A stretch of DNA of 64,000 nt from Clostridium sp. CAG:302. GTDB taxonomy: Bacteria; Bacillota_I; Bacilli_A; RF39; UBA660. Both the position numbers and the translations under genes were made by a program. The notes under the pieces are model-generated. The model was given only the letters and a program-made list of their open reading frames with translations, was not told the origin of the DNA and made no database searches. The stretch spans positions 14,837 to 78,836 of the forward strand of contig FR887371.1 of assembly GCA_000431795.1 (NCBI GenBank), written 5' to 3'. This document shows, one piece after another, positions 17,012 through 27,614 of this stretch; positions within the stretch are counted from its first letter, which is position 1; each line of letters starts with the position of its first letter.

Positions 17012-17950
17012 TTAAATAACACTATCTCCCTTAAATACCGGAATAAAACTCTCTTCTTGACTTTCTTTATCCTGTACAAAACATTTTCTTACTCCAAGGT
17101 CATAAGCATAATCTATAATCTCATCATACTCTTCTTCACTTACTCTATTATTAAGTTCCAAATATTTACATCTTCTAATAGGAGTATACTGATTCATTAT
17201 ACTAAGATAAATATTATTACCATAGTTATCAAATAAATACTTAATAACTCTTTTAGAATCCTCAATATGACTAGGTAATACCAAATGTCTAACAATAACT
17301 CCCCTTTTCATTATACCTTTCTTAATTACTGGTTTGCCTACTTGTCTATACATTTCTTTTAAAGCTTCACTAGTAATCTCAAAATAATTATTAACATTAG
17401 AATACTTATTTAATTCTTTGTCATAATACTTAAAATCAGGTAAATAAATATCAACAAGACCATCAAGTAATTTCAAACTATTTACCTTTTCATATCCTGA
17501 AGTATTATATACTATCGGTATAATAAGTCCCTTCCTCTTAGCCATAATAAGACCCTCTCTAATTAATGGTATATAGTGGCTAGGAGTAACTAAATTAATA
17601 TTTTCAGCACCCATTTCTTGAAGTAAAAGACATATATCACTAAATCTTTCAATACTTATTTCCGCGCCATTATTATTAATACTAATGTCATAGTTTTGAC
17701 AATAAATACATCTTAAATTGCAATAAGAAAAAAATATTGTACCAGAGCCATTCTTACCAGTAATAATAGGCTCTTCCCACATATGTAAATGATAACCACC
17801 TATCTTAATCTTATTAGAGGCTCCGCAGTAACCAATTTCACCCTTATTTCTATTTACATTACATTCTCTAGGACAAATATTACATTTATTAAATAGTTCT
17901 TCCATATAAATCACATTAGATATTATAAAATAAAAAATAGACTTTTTCAA
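17012..17950 (-). CDS. Radical SAM enzyme (PflX / activating-enzyme-like)
   Basis: It has the CxxxCxxC motif YCNLRCIYCQN and an N-terminal Cys cluster (CNICPRECNVN). The start is uncertain: TTG at 17950 or ATG at 17905. Confidence 0.75.
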   Translation of the reverse strand: MKKSIFYFIISNVIYMEELFNKCNICPRECNVNRNKGEIGYCGASNKIKIGGYHLHMWEEPIITGKNGSGTIFFSYCNLRCIYCQNYDISINNNGAEISIERFSDICLLLQEMGAENINLVTPSHYIPLIREGLIMAKRKGLIIPIVYNTSGYEKVNSLKLLDGLVDIYLPDFKYYDKELNKYSNVNNYFEITSEALKEMYRQVGKPVIKKGIMKRGVIVRHLVLPSHIEDSKRVIKYLFDNYGNNIYLSIMNQYTPIRRCKYLELNNRVSEEEYDEIIDYAYDLGVRKCFVQDKESQEESFIPVFKGDSVI

Positions 17951-17963
17951 GGTCTATTTAAGT

Positions 17964-18905
17964 TTATCTATTAGTTAATACAATTGCTATCACTATAGCA
18001 ATGAGTAGAAGTATCGTACCAATATTAATAAAGCCATTACTTCTTTTCTTTTTAGGAACATCAAGTTTAATTCTTGGCATAGTACTAGTAAATTCAAGAT
18101 TATCACCAATTAATCTAACTTCTTTAACTACTGGTAAAGGAAGTTTTTTTATCTTTTCACTACTCATACCATTACATTCTTTTACTTTTTCAATATCTAT
18201 TTTATCTTTTTCTCTATTAGTTAGAAGTTTATCCGCTACTACAAACTCCAAAGATACTGTCGTATATTTTTTATTATCAGAAGTAACATAAGGCATAATA
18301 TAATCATTCATTTTAGCGGCTATACTCTTAATTCTACCAATCTTTTTCTTGCAGTCAAAAGTATATTCAGTTATACCTTTATCAGTTTCTTCAAATACAA
18401 ATATATTAACTTTAATTTTATCAACAATTACTTGAAAACCATAATCAATATTATTAACAGTATAAGTTAAACTATCTCTTTTAGGGTCATATAAGTCTTC
18501 CTTACGAAATAATTCCCTTAATTGTTCAACATCCTTCTTATCGCAAAGTAAATCTAAACTCTCATGTCTACGACCTGTTCTATCATTAAGAAGAACATAA
18601 GGAACTATACCACCCATTAAATAAAGTTTAGCCCTTGTTTTATTAAGTTTAACAACTTTATCATATACTTTCATTATTTCATCATAAGTATATCCCATTT
18701 TGTCTAAGTTTTCTTTATAAGCACTAATACTGTTATTAAAAATAGTATCTATTTTAGTTTTAATTATTTCTATATCTTCATTTCTATTAAGAAAGTTATT
18801 AATAACCTTTTGTACATTATCCTTAAAAACAAACATAGACATATTTTCTAATTCTTTAACCTTGTTTTCTATATATAAAGTAATTAATCTATTTTTCTCT
18901 TCCAC
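17964..18905 (-). CDS. Hypothetical protein with a C-terminal TM anchor, possible nucleotidyltransferase fold
   Basis: LYLMGGIVPYVLL...RRHESLDLL loosely resembles the G[GS]...D.D minimal nucleotidyltransferase motif. The C-terminal helix is GFINIGTILLLIAIVIAIVL. Confidence 0.3.
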   Translation of the reverse strand: MEEKNRLITLYIENKVKELENMSMFVFKDNVQKVINNFLNRNEDIEIIKTKIDTIFNNSISAYKENLDKMGYTYDEIMKVYDKVVKLNKTRAKLYLMGGIVPYVLLNDRTGRRHESLDLLCDKKDVEQLRELFRKEDLYDPKRDSLTYTVNNIDYGFQVIVDKIKVNIFVFEETDKGITEYTFDCKKKIGRIKSIAAKMNDYIMPYVTSDNKKYTTVSLEFVVADKLLTNREKDKIDIEKVKECNGMSSEKIKKLPLPVVKEVRLIGDNLEFTSTMPRIKLDVPKKKRSNGFINIGTILLLIAIVIAIVLTNR

Positions 18906-18989
18906 AATCTGTCACCTACTATTTTCATACTAATTATAGCATATAAAAAGTAACAATGTAAAGAAAAAGAAAGAATTTTCTCGAAATAT

Positions 18990-20366
18990 CTAGAATTTTA
19001 TTCTTTCTTCAATATATTTTTCTATATCTTCTACTTTAATAGTAGTCTGCTCCATAGTATCCCTATCTCTAATAGTAACAGTACCATTATTAATAGTTTC
19101 TTCATCAATAGTTATACAGTAAGGAGTACCCATAGCATCTTCTCTTCTATATCTTTTACCAATACTACCAGATTCATCATAAGTAACCATAAATGATTTA
19201 GATAATTTCTTATATATTTCCATAGCCTTTTCACTATGATATTTTTTTACTAATGGAAGTATACAAGCTTTATAAGGAGCTAAATAAGGATGAAATTTCA
19301 TAACTTCTCTTGTCGTACCATCTTCTAATTCTTCTTCGTGATATGCATCGCATAATACTGTTAAGAATGTTCTCTCTACTCCAACTGATGGTTCAATTAC
19401 ATAAGGAATATATCTTTCATTAGTCTCAGGATCTAAATACTCCATAGATTTACCAGATACCTTTTGATGACAAGTTAGATCATAATCAGTTCTTGAAGCA
19501 ATACCCCATAATTCACCCCATCCAAATGGGAATAAATACTCAATATCAGTAGTGGCATTACTATAGAAAGATAATTCTTCTTTAGAGTGGTCTCTAAGTC
19601 TTAATTTATCTTTATCAATACCTAATGACAATAAGTAGTTGTAGCAGTATTCTTTATAATACTTATGCCAATCAAGTTCAGTACCAGGTTTGCAGAAGAA
19701 TTCAAGTTCCATTTGTTCAAACTCTCTTACTCTAAATATAAAGTTACCAGGAGTAATCTCATTTCTAAAAGATTTACCAACTTGTCCTATACCAAAAGGA
19801 ACCTTAAGTCTCATACTTCTTTGAACATTTAAAAAGTTAACAAATATACCTTGAGCAGTCTCAGGCCTTAAGTATATTGTAGATTTAGCATCTTCAGTAA
19901 CACCTTGAAATGTTTTAAACATCAAATTAAACTGTCTAATATCTGTAAAATTACTCTTACCACATTTAGGACATGGTACCTTATTTTCTTTGATATACTC
20001 CATCATTTCATCTTGAGTCATAGAGTCTCCGATTAAACTCTTAGAATAATCATTAATAAGATTATCCGCTCTATGTCTTGTTTTACATTCCCTGCAGTCT
20101 ATTAATGGGTCAGAGAAGGTCTTTAAATGACCAGAAGCTTCCCAAGTTTTAGGATTCATAAGTATAGCACTATCTAGTCCAACATTATTTTTATCTTCTT
20201 GAATAAATTTCTTAATCCAAGCCTTCTTTACATTATCTTTTAAAAGTGCACCTACTGGACCAAAATCCCAAGTATTAGCAAGTCCTCCATATATTTCACT
20301 ACCTTGAAATATAAATCCATATTGTTTACAAAAATTAACTAATTTATCCATAGTCATCTTTTCCAT
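18990..20366 (-). CDS. glyQS: Glycine--tRNA ligase (homodimeric GlyQS type)
   Basis: 458 aa. Motifs [25 protein letters not shown] and [10 protein letters not shown] are typical class II GlyRS motifs. Confidence 0.95.
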   Translation of the reverse strand: MEKMTMDKLVNFCKQYGFIFQGSEIYGGLANTWDFGPVGALLKDNVKKAWIKKFIQEDKNNVGLDSAILMNPKTWEASGHLKTFSDPLIDCRECKTRHRADNLINDYSKSLIGDSMTQDEMMEYIKENKVPCPKCGKSNFTDIRQFNLMFKTFQGVTEDAKSTIYLRPETAQGIFVNFLNVQRSMRLKVPFGIGQVGKSFRNEITPGNFIFRVREFEQMELEFFCKPGTELDWHKYYKEYCYNYLLSLGIDKDKLRLRDHSKEELSFYSNATTDIEYLFPFGWGELWGIASRTDYDLTCHQKVSGKSMEYLDPETNERYIPYVIEPSVGVERTFLTVLCDAYHEEELEDGTTREVMKFHPYLAPYKACILPLVKKYHSEKAMEIYKKLSKSFMVTYDESGSIGKRYRREDAMGTPYCITIDEETINNGTVTIRDRDTMEQTTIKVEDIEKYIEERIKF

Positions 20367-20421
20367 TTTATACCTTCTTTCATGTTTAATATCATACTAT
20401 AATTTATCTATTTTGTAAATA

Positions 20422-21690
20422 TTATTTAATCACTTCATATATTAATTTAATATCATTATTAATATTATTACCTATAGTAAATAATTTATCTTTATCTATA
20501 CTAGGTACTTCTCTATTAGTATATAAAGTAAGTACTGTATCACCAACATTAACTTTATCATTAATATTCTTATTTATAATAATACCCGCAGAATAATCTA
20601 TCTTATCTTCTTTATTCTTTCTACCAGAACCTAAACTACTAGATAGTTTAGCTATCTCTAAAGAATGAATATTAGTTAAATATCCTTCTCTATCACTCTT
20701 TACTTCATATATATAATTACTCTTAGGTAGTTCATTAATATTACCACCTTGATAACTAACAAATTCTAATAATTTATTATATGCTTTTCTTGAAGAAATG
20801 CTTTCTAATACCTTTTCTTTAGCTTCTTCATAATTAATATTAAGACCTAAACTTACCATATAACTAGCAAGTTCTATACATAGTTTATTTAAATTATTGT
20901 TAGGATTATAATACAAAGTATTAATAGCCTCAAGTACTTCTAAAGAATTGCCAATATTATTACCTAAAGGAATATCCATATTAGTAAGTAAGCATACTAC
21001 TTTCATATCATTTTCTTTACCTATCTTAATCATAAGATTAGCAAGCCTTCTACCAGAGTCAATATTTTTAATTAAAGCACCTTCCCCTATTTTAATATCA
21101 AGAACTAAATTCTTAGAACCAGATGCTATCTTTTTACTCATAATTGAAGAAGCAATAAGTGGAATACTTTCAGTAGTTCCTGTTACATCTCTTAAAGCAT
21201 ATATTTTTTTATCTGCTTTAGCAACATCTTCAGTTTGACTAGTAATAGCCATACCAATATCACTTATTTCTTTAATAAAACTATCCATACTCAAGTTAAC
21301 ATTAAAACCTGGTATACTTTCTAATTTATCAATAGTACCTCCTGTATATCCAAGTCCCCTACCACTCATTTTAGCTACTCTACATCCAAGTGAAGCTACA
21401 ATTGGCGATATAATTAAAGTAGTTTTATCACCTACACCACCAGTAGAATGTTTATCCACTACATTATTTAAATTACTTAAATCTATTCTACTACCTGACT
21501 GAATCATATATTTAGTAAGATATATAACTTCTTCATCAGTCATATCATTAATAACAATAGCCATAAGTAATGCTGACATTTGATAATCTTTAATATTACC
21601 ATTATCAAAGTTTTCCACTACATATTTAATTTCTTCTTCAGTAAGTATTTCTTTATTTTTTTTCTTAAGTATTATATCAATTATATTCAT
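20422..21690 (-). CDS. pdp: Pyrimidine-nucleoside (thymidine) phosphorylase
   Basis: Motifs KHSTGGVGDKTTL and SGRGLGYTGGTIDKLESIPG. Confidence 0.9.
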   Translation of the reverse strand: MNIIDIILKKKNKEILTEEEIKYVVENFDNGNIKDYQMSALLMAIVINDMTDEEVIYLTKYMIQSGSRIDLSNLNNVVDKHSTGGVGDKTTLIISPIVASLGCRVAKMSGRGLGYTGGTIDKLESIPGFNVNLSMDSFIKEISDIGMAITSQTEDVAKADKKIYALRDVTGTTESIPLIASSIMSKKIASGSKNLVLDIKIGEGALIKNIDSGRRLANLMIKIGKENDMKVVCLLTNMDIPLGNNIGNSLEVLEAINTLYYNPNNNLNKLCIELASYMVSLGLNINYEEAKEKVLESISSRKAYNKLLEFVSYQGGNINELPKSNYIYEVKSDREGYLTNIHSLEIAKLSSSLGSGRKNKEDKIDYSAGIIINKNINDKVNVGDTVLTLYTNREVPSIDKDKLFTIGNNINNDIKLIYEVIK

Positions 21691-21716
21691 TCATCAATCA
21701 CCTATCTATCATAATA

Positions 21717-21745
21717 AATATACCACATAAAAGAGAAAGATTCAA
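21717..21745 (-). promoter_or_regulatory. Sigma-A-type promoter of pdp
   Basis: On the minus strand: TTGAAT, a 17-nt spacer ending in tgtgg, then TATATT. Confidence 0.55.
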
Positions 21746-21765
21746 TAAATTTTCTTTATTTATGG

Positions 21766-21819
21766 CTAGTTAAGCCTAAGGTCTTAACTAGTATTTTATA
21801 GCCTAAAGTCTATAAAATA
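21766..21819. repeat. Tandem pair of hairpins with a conserved AGCCT-N3-GTCT core (copies 1 and 2)
   Basis: 21766-21791 reads ctagtta-AGCCT-aag-GTCT-taactag. 21792-21819 reads tattttat-AGCCT-aaa-GTCT-ataaaata. The two hairpins abut directly. Confidence 0.6.
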
Positions 21820-21895
21820 GTCTATTATATATAAGAGAAAGTTCAGGATAAAAACATTATTTATTACCTAGCCTTTTTATTAACAAAAGAAGAAA

Positions 21896-22984
21896 CTATT
21901 TTTCTTTAGTTTCTTCTTTTGTTTTTTCTTTCTTTTTATCATGATTCCATATTATATTAGTTTTTAATATTAGTAATAAAATTAATACAAATAATATAGC
22001 ATATATAACCATACCATAAATATTGCTACCAAGCATACTATTACCAACAGCGTATACAATAGAAGCTGAAGCAAATAGTAAATCAACTATATATATTATA
22101 ATTACTGTCTTTTTTTGAGATAACTTTAATTTTAACAATTGATGATGTAAATGATTTTTATCAGGTTCTCCAAGTGGCTTATGATTAATAAGTCTTCGAA
22201 GAATCGCAAATAAAGTATCAAGTATAGGAATAGCAAGTAAAAGTATAGGTATAATAAATGAAGTCAAAGTTACATTTTTAAATCCTAACAATGCAATAAC
22301 CGCAATTATATAACCTAAAAACATACTACCAGAATCACCCATAAATATTTTTGCCGGATTAAAGTTATGTACTAAAAATCCAAGTGTACTACCAAGCATT
22401 ATAAATGTTAATATAATATCAAGACCATTAGAATTATTAAGAAGCATTGCTATTATACCAATAGTTAAGAAATATATACTAGCAATACCCGAAGATAAAC
22501 CATCTAAGCCATCAATTAAATTAATACAGTTTATAATAGCTACGATAAATATTATTGTTATAGGATATGCAAGTATTCCAAAATTCAAATATAATCCAAA
22601 TGCTGAAATATCTTTTAATAATATACCACCATATAATGGTATTATTGAAGCTCCTACTGTTTGAGCAAGCAACTTCCATTTAGCAGGTACTGGTTTTATA
22701 TCATCAAATATACCAGTAACCAATATTATAAAACTACCAATAAGTATTGCATTCATTTGTACCGAATGAATACCAAATAACATATAGCCAAGTAAAAAGC
22801 CAGCGTATATGCCAAGACCACCTAATCTAGGAATAGGTACCTTATGTACTTTTCTTTCATTAGGCATATCAAGTGCTCCAATAAAATTAGCCATCTTTTT
22901 TACAACAGGAACAAATAAAGCAGTAAATAAAAATGTTGTTCCTACCATTAGTAAAACTCTTTTTATATCCATAATTATATACAA
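21896..22984 (-). CDS. tagO: Undecaprenyl-phosphate N-acetylglucosamine-1-phosphate transferase (TagO/WecA, MraY-like GT4)
   Basis: Polytopic. Motifs NLIDGLDGL and FMGDSGSMFLGY. Confidence 0.85.
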   Translation of the reverse strand: MYIIMDIKRVLLMVGTTFLFTALFVPVVKKMANFIGALDMPNERKVHKVPIPRLGGLGIYAGFLLGYMLFGIHSVQMNAILIGSFIILVTGIFDDIKPVPAKWKLLAQTVGASIIPLYGGILLKDISAFGLYLNFGILAYPITIIFIVAIINCINLIDGLDGLSSGIASIYFLTIGIIAMLLNNSNGLDIILTFIMLGSTLGFLVHNFNPAKIFMGDSGSMFLGYIIAVIALLGFKNVTLTSFIIPILLLAIPILDTLFAILRRLINHKPLGEPDKNHLHHQLLKLKLSQKKTVIIIYIVDLLFASASIVYAVGNSMLGSNIYGMVIYAILFVLILLLILKTNIIWNHDKKKEKTKEETKEK

Positions 22985-23046
22985 CTCCTTAAATCAAATT
23001 ACATCTATATTATATAATATATTTATATATTAATCAATAAAAGAGC

Positions 23047-23076
23047 AAAAAAAAGAATAGTCTATTTGCTATTCTT
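23047..23076 (-). terminator. Intrinsic terminator downstream of galE
   Basis: On the minus strand: an 8-bp stem aagaatag/ctattctt followed by tttttttt. It overlaps the galE stop codon. Confidence 0.65.
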
Positions 23077-24063
23077 AACATAATTATATGAATCTTTTAC
23101 CATATCTTCGATGTTATAAGCGCAAGACCAATCTAGTACATCTTTAGCCTTACTAGCATCAGCGTAGCAGGATGCTATATCTCCATCTCTTCTACCTACT
23201 ATTTTATATGGAACATCGATATTATTAAATTTCTTAAAAGCTTCAACAAGTTCTAATACACTATAACCATTACCAGTACCTAGATTAAATGCATCAATAC
23301 CATTATTATTAAGTACCCAATTAAGTGCCTTAATATGACCTTTAGCCAAATCAACAACATGAATATAATCTCTAACACCAGTACCATCTATAGTATCATA
23401 ATCATTACCAAATACAGATAATTCTTTTAATTCTCTATTAGCCACTTTAACTATATAAGGCATCAAATTATTAGGAATATCATTAGGATTTTCACCTATT
23501 AAACCACTCTTATGTGCTCCAATTGGATTAAAATATCTAAGTAAAGCAATATTCCAAGTATTATCAGAAACATATAAGTCATTTAATATTCTTTCAATCA
23601 TAATTTTAGTTTCACCATAAGGATTAGTAGCATGAGTAACATCAAAGTTTTCTTTAATAGGTAAACTCTTCGGAGTACCATATACTGTAGCACTTGAAGA
23701 AAATACTATATTTTTAACATTATGTTCATTCATTACTTCACATAAAGTAAGTGTACTATCGATATTATTTCTATAATACATAAGAGGTTTCTTTACCGAT
23801 TCACCTACAGCTTTATATCCAGCAAAATGAATTACAGCATCAATCTTATTATCATTAAATATCTCTTCTAATAGTTTTTTATCACATACATCACCCTCAT
23901 AAAAAATAACATCTTTTCCTGTAATTTTTTTAATTTTATCTACTACTTCTCTTTTAGAATTAGATAGATTATCAATAATAACAACTTCATAATCATTATT
24001 AAGAAGTTCAACAGCAGTATGGCTACCAATATAACCAGTACCACCAGTAACTAATATTTTCAT
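23062..24063 (-). CDS. galE: UDP-glucose 4-epimerase
   Basis: Motifs VTGGTGYIGSH, SSSATVYG and the YGETK catalytic dyad. The start is set at the ATG at 24063, which follows the SD ggagg. Confidence 0.85.
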   Translation of the reverse strand: MKILVTGGTGYIGSHTAVELLNNDYEVVIIDNLSNSKREVVDKIKKITGKDVIFYEGDVCDKKLLEEIFNDNKIDAVIHFAGYKAVGESVKKPLMYYRNNIDSTLTLCEVMNEHNVKNIVFSSSATVYGTPKSLPIKENFDVTHATNPYGETKIMIERILNDLYVSDNTWNIALLRYFNPIGAHKSGLIGENPNDIPNNLMPYIVKVANRELKELSVFGNDYDTIDGTGVRDYIHVVDLAKGHIKALNWVLNNNGIDAFNLGTGNGYSVLELVEAFKKFNNIDVPYKIVGRRDGDIASCYADASKAKDVLDWSCAYNIEDMVKDSYNYVKNSK

Positions 24064-24073
24064 AAACATCCTC

Positions 24074-25174
24074 CTACTTATATTTATCAATAATAGCATC
24101 AACTATATATTTACTAGCAAAGCCATCTCCATAAGGATTAGATGCTCTACTCATTTTATTATATTCATTCTTATCATCTAACAACTTTTTAGTTTCATTA
24201 TAAATAACATCTTCTGAAGTACCTACTAATTTCAAAGTACCTGCAGCAATACCTTCGGGTCTTTCTGTAGTATCTCTAAGTACAAGAACAGGCTTGCCAA
24301 GTGAAGGAGCTTCTTCTTGAATACCACCAGAATCAGTAAGGATAATATAACTCTTATTTTGAAAATTATGGAAGTCAAACACTTCTAAAGGTTCTATCAA
24401 TCTTACTCTATCAGTATCTTTAAATATTTCATTAGCAACTTCTCTAACTTTAGGATTTAAATGTATTGGATATACTACTTTAACATCAGGGTATTCACCC
24501 ACTATTCTTCTTACTGCCTTAAATATATTTCTCATAGGTTCGCCAAGATTTTCTCTTCTATGAGCAGTAAGTAAAATCATTCTATCATTACCTATCCAAT
24601 CAAATATTTCATTATTATAATCTTTCTTTATGGTTGTTTTCATAGCATCAATAGCAGTATTACCAGTAACATATATTTTATCTTCTGATATATTTTCTTC
24701 TAACAAATTATGTTTACTTACATCAGTAGGAGCAAAATACATATCACACATTCTATCTACCATTTGCCTATTCATTTCTTCAGGAAATGGTGAATACTTA
24801 TTCCAAGTTCTAAGACCAGCTTCAACATGTCCTATATCTACTTGATTGTAAAAGGCTGCTAATGCACCAGCAAAAGTTGTAGTAGTATCACCATGAACAA
24901 GTACAATATTAGGTTTTTCTTTTTCTATTACATCTTCAAGTCCAATAAGTACTCTAGAAGTAATTTCACTAAGAGTTTGGCCTTGTTTCATAATATTTAA
25001 ATCATAATCAGGATTAATATCAAACACATCAAGTACTTGATCTAACATTTCTCTATGCTGAGCAGTAACACATACTATACTTTCAATTTCTTTTCTTTTT
25101 TCTAATTCTTTAACAAGAGGTGCCATCTTAATAGCTTCCGGTCTTGTTCCAAATATTGTCATAACTTTAATCAT
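24074..25174 (-). CDS. mnaA: UDP-N-acetylglucosamine 2-epimerase (non-hydrolysing)
   Basis: FGTRPEAIKMAPL, HVEAGLRT and TDSGGIQEEAP are typical of MnaA/WecB. Confidence 0.9.
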   Translation of the reverse strand: MIKVMTIFGTRPEAIKMAPLVKELEKRKEIESIVCVTAQHREMLDQVLDVFDINPDYDLNIMKQGQTLSEITSRVLIGLEDVIEKEKPNIVLVHGDTTTTFAGALAAFYNQVDIGHVEAGLRTWNKYSPFPEEMNRQMVDRMCDMYFAPTDVSKHNLLEENISEDKIYVTGNTAIDAMKTTIKKDYNNEIFDWIGNDRMILLTAHRRENLGEPMRNIFKAVRRIVGEYPDVKVVYPIHLNPKVREVANEIFKDTDRVRLIEPLEVFDFHNFQNKSYIILTDSGGIQEEAPSLGKPVLVLRDTTERPEGIAAGTLKLVGTSEDVIYNETKKLLDDKNEYNKMSRASNPYGDGFASKYIVDAIIDKYK

Positions 25175-26903
25175 TAATTATCTTCTCCTTTTTAATTATA
25201 AATGGTAAAAATACTAAAAATGGTGAACAAGTAAATAAACCATAAATATATCTTAATTCGCAAAATACTGGAGTTGAAGCCATCAAAGATAGCCATAAAC
25301 CAAATAAAGGTATATAACAAAGAAGATATTTTTTATTTCCAAAATACATAGTCATTACAAAGGAAATTAATAAAATAATAAATTGTAATCCTAAACTCCA
25401 TATAATATTAGAAAGTGGTATTTTTCTCGAAACACTAATATCAATAACTTTATTATACCATTTAGGTGTCAAAGGAGTATTTCTAATATTTTCTTCTGGG
25501 AAGAAGCCTACGCTTTCACCACCAGTTGAAGCATAAATAACATCAGGATACCAATAACCTAAAGTTTGTGAAAAATATGCTTCAAAATAAATATTTGGAT
25601 ATTTAGTAAATAAATGCAAGTAAGTATCTAAAAAATCCCTTTTATTGTCTGATAAGATTTCATTATTAGCTAAACTCTTAATAGGATCACTTATATATGG
25701 TTTATATTCAGTACTCACTTTGTCGTAATCAATAAATAATTTTTTTAAATATTTTTCATCCTTAGCAGTTATATTTTTATCTAGAGCAATTACTCTTGCT
25801 ATTTGCTGTAATGGAATTGAAAATGCCTCAACTGAAGTAGTTTTCTCTATATTAAAGTAATCGAAGACCGGACCCTTAATTACAAAGTAAAAACAAGCTA
25901 TAGAAATAGTGATGATACTCATCATAATTCTTTTATTTTTCATAAAGCCAATTATAAATGGAATACAGAATAAATAAACATATATACCATTGTTTCTAAA
26001 GAACAGCATAATAAGTACACCAATTATAAATAAAATAATATATGCAATCTTAATTTTACTTTTGCTCGAAATAAACTCATATAAACAAATTAATATAAGA
26101 AGAAAAGAACCACCAAACATTATATCTCTCCATAATGTAATGCTATAATGAGCGTGTAATGGATTAAATGCAAAAAACAAAGTCAAAAATATACATATTT
26201 TTTTATTAAGTCCCTTATTATAAAAATATCTAATTGAAGTAGAAAAAATAAGAGACATACAAAGCATTTGAACAAGTGTAGAAAATGCTATAGATTTACT
26301 TAAACTATGAAACAAAAATTTTCCAAGATGAAAAAATATACCAAAAAACCAAGTATGACCAAAAGTATGGTAATCACTCAATATAAAATTATTAGCATAA
26401 TGAATAACATAATAAGAATCAGGAGTCATAATTGCCGGATAAAATCTAATAAAATACAGAAAGTATCCAATAAATATTACACCAATCATCAAAATAAATG
26501 TTTTAATTTTCATTTTATTATGTGCTTCAATTACTTCAATTTTTTTTAATTTATAAAATAAAATTCCAAATAATTTATAAAATAAAATGAATAGACCAAA
26601 AAAGCACTGAATAGTAAGAAAAAGATTTTTCAAATTAAAAATATAATTAACCTCTTCTATATATAAATTTACCATATTTCCAATTGATAGCATCAGACTC
26701 AAAAGTAAAGATATAATTATAGAATACCTTTCTTGCTTTTTATTTAAACTTAATTTATATTTATAAAAGAAAATAAATAATATTAAAAAAAGCAATGTAA
26801 TCAAAAGATTATAAGAACCATAATTATAAATTAACCTAGTATAAATTAAAATTCCAAAAAACGATAAGAAAGACTCTATTAAATTAACTAATACTTTTTT
26901 CAT
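25167..26903 (-). CDS. Large polytopic membrane protein, GT-C-like (possibly DUF6020 family)
   Basis: About 12 N-terminal TM helices, an extracytoplasmic segment of about 150 aa, then 3 C-terminal helices. The start is set at the ATG at 26903, which overlaps the upstream stop (TAATG). Confidence 0.35.
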   Translation of the reverse strand: MKKVLVNLIESFLSFFGILIYTRLIYNYGSYNLLITLLFLILFIFFYKYKLSLNKKQERYSIIISLLLSLMLSIGNMVNLYIEEVNYIFNLKNLFLTIQCFFGLFILFYKLFGILFYKLKKIEVIEAHNKMKIKTFILMIGVIFIGYFLYFIRFYPAIMTPDSYYVIHYANNFILSDYHTFGHTWFFGIFFHLGKFLFHSLSKSIAFSTLVQMLCMSLIFSTSIRYFYNKGLNKKICIFLTLFFAFNPLHAHYSITLWRDIMFGGSFLLILICLYEFISSKSKIKIAYIILFIIGVLIMLFFRNNGIYVYLFCIPFIIGFMKNKRIMMSIITISIACFYFVIKGPVFDYFNIEKTTSVEAFSIPLQQIARVIALDKNITAKDEKYLKKLFIDYDKVSTEYKPYISDPIKSLANNEILSDNKRDFLDTYLHLFTKYPNIYFEAYFSQTLGYWYPDVIYASTGGESVGFFPEENIRNTPLTPKWYNKVIDISVSRKIPLSNIIWSLGLQFIILLISFVMTMYFGNKKYLLCYIPLFGLWLSLMASTPVFCELRYIYGLFTCSPFLVFLPFIIKKEKIIND

Positions 26904-27259
26904 TATTTTCTCCCCAAGGTCATCACACATACTCCAATTATCACTATAAATATTCCTATTCCTTGAGTAAGTGTTATTTTTTCTTTTAATATTAAACAAG
27001 ATTCGATTATAACAAGAGTATTAACTAAAGCAACAGAAAGTGGCATTGCTATAGTTAAGTTGCTTTTGCTAACTATTAACATCCAAAGTATAAAACTACA
27101 GCCATAACATAATAGACCTAAAATCATTTTAATTGAATAGTTAATTTTAAGTCCAAATATAGATAATGTTAAATTACTATTAGCACTACCAAGTTTAAAC
27201 AGAATCAATCCAGAAGACGCTAAAAGCACATAACAAGCAAACATAATTATTAATTTCAT
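26903..27259 (-). CDS. Small 4-TM EamA/SMR-like transporter (ArnE/F-like candidate flippase of a lipid-linked sugar)
   Basis: About 118 aa with four hydrophobic helices. It sits between a GT2 polyprenyl-phosphate glycosyltransferase and GT-C proteins. Confidence 0.45.
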   Translation of the reverse strand: MKLIIMFACYVLLASSGLILFKLGSANSNLTLSIFGLKINYSIKMILGLLCYGCSFILWMLIVSKSNLTIAMPLSVALVNTLVIIESCLILKEKITLTQGIGIFIVIIGVCVMTLGRK

Positions 27260-27260
27260 A

Positions 27261-27614
27261 CTAATCCTTCTTTCCATTTTTATTTACACTTTCCTTTAAC
27301 ATAGATATTTCTTGTATTAATAATTTAGTTTTTTCGTTTTGAATCGATATACTTGTAGTAATAATAAACGAAACATAAAACAAGAAGAAAAAGCCAAGTA
27401 AGAATACCATATTTGATGGTTCCTCGAAACCAGCAAGTTTTGAGATTTTGAAAACAATTTCAGGAAATATAACGACGATTGTCATCAAAATAATTAAAAA
27501 TATCCAAAAACTAGCATACTTCATCGTAAGTCTTTTTTTCTTTACAGTTCTAATTATCAAAAACAACTGAAATACTAATAGTAATAATAAAGATATTTTC
27601 AATACAATATTCAT
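27261..27614 (-). CDS. DUF2304-family small membrane protein
   Basis: 117 aa with 3 TM helices and a coiled C-terminal tail. The position immediately downstream of a GtrB/ArnC-like GT2 is the characteristic context. Confidence 0.5.
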   Translation of the reverse strand: MNIVLKISLLLLLVFQLFLIIRTVKKKRLTMKYASFWIFLIILMTIVVIFPEIVFKISKLAGFEEPSNMVFLLGFFFLFYVSFIITTSISIQNEKTKLLIQEISMLKESVNKNGKKD

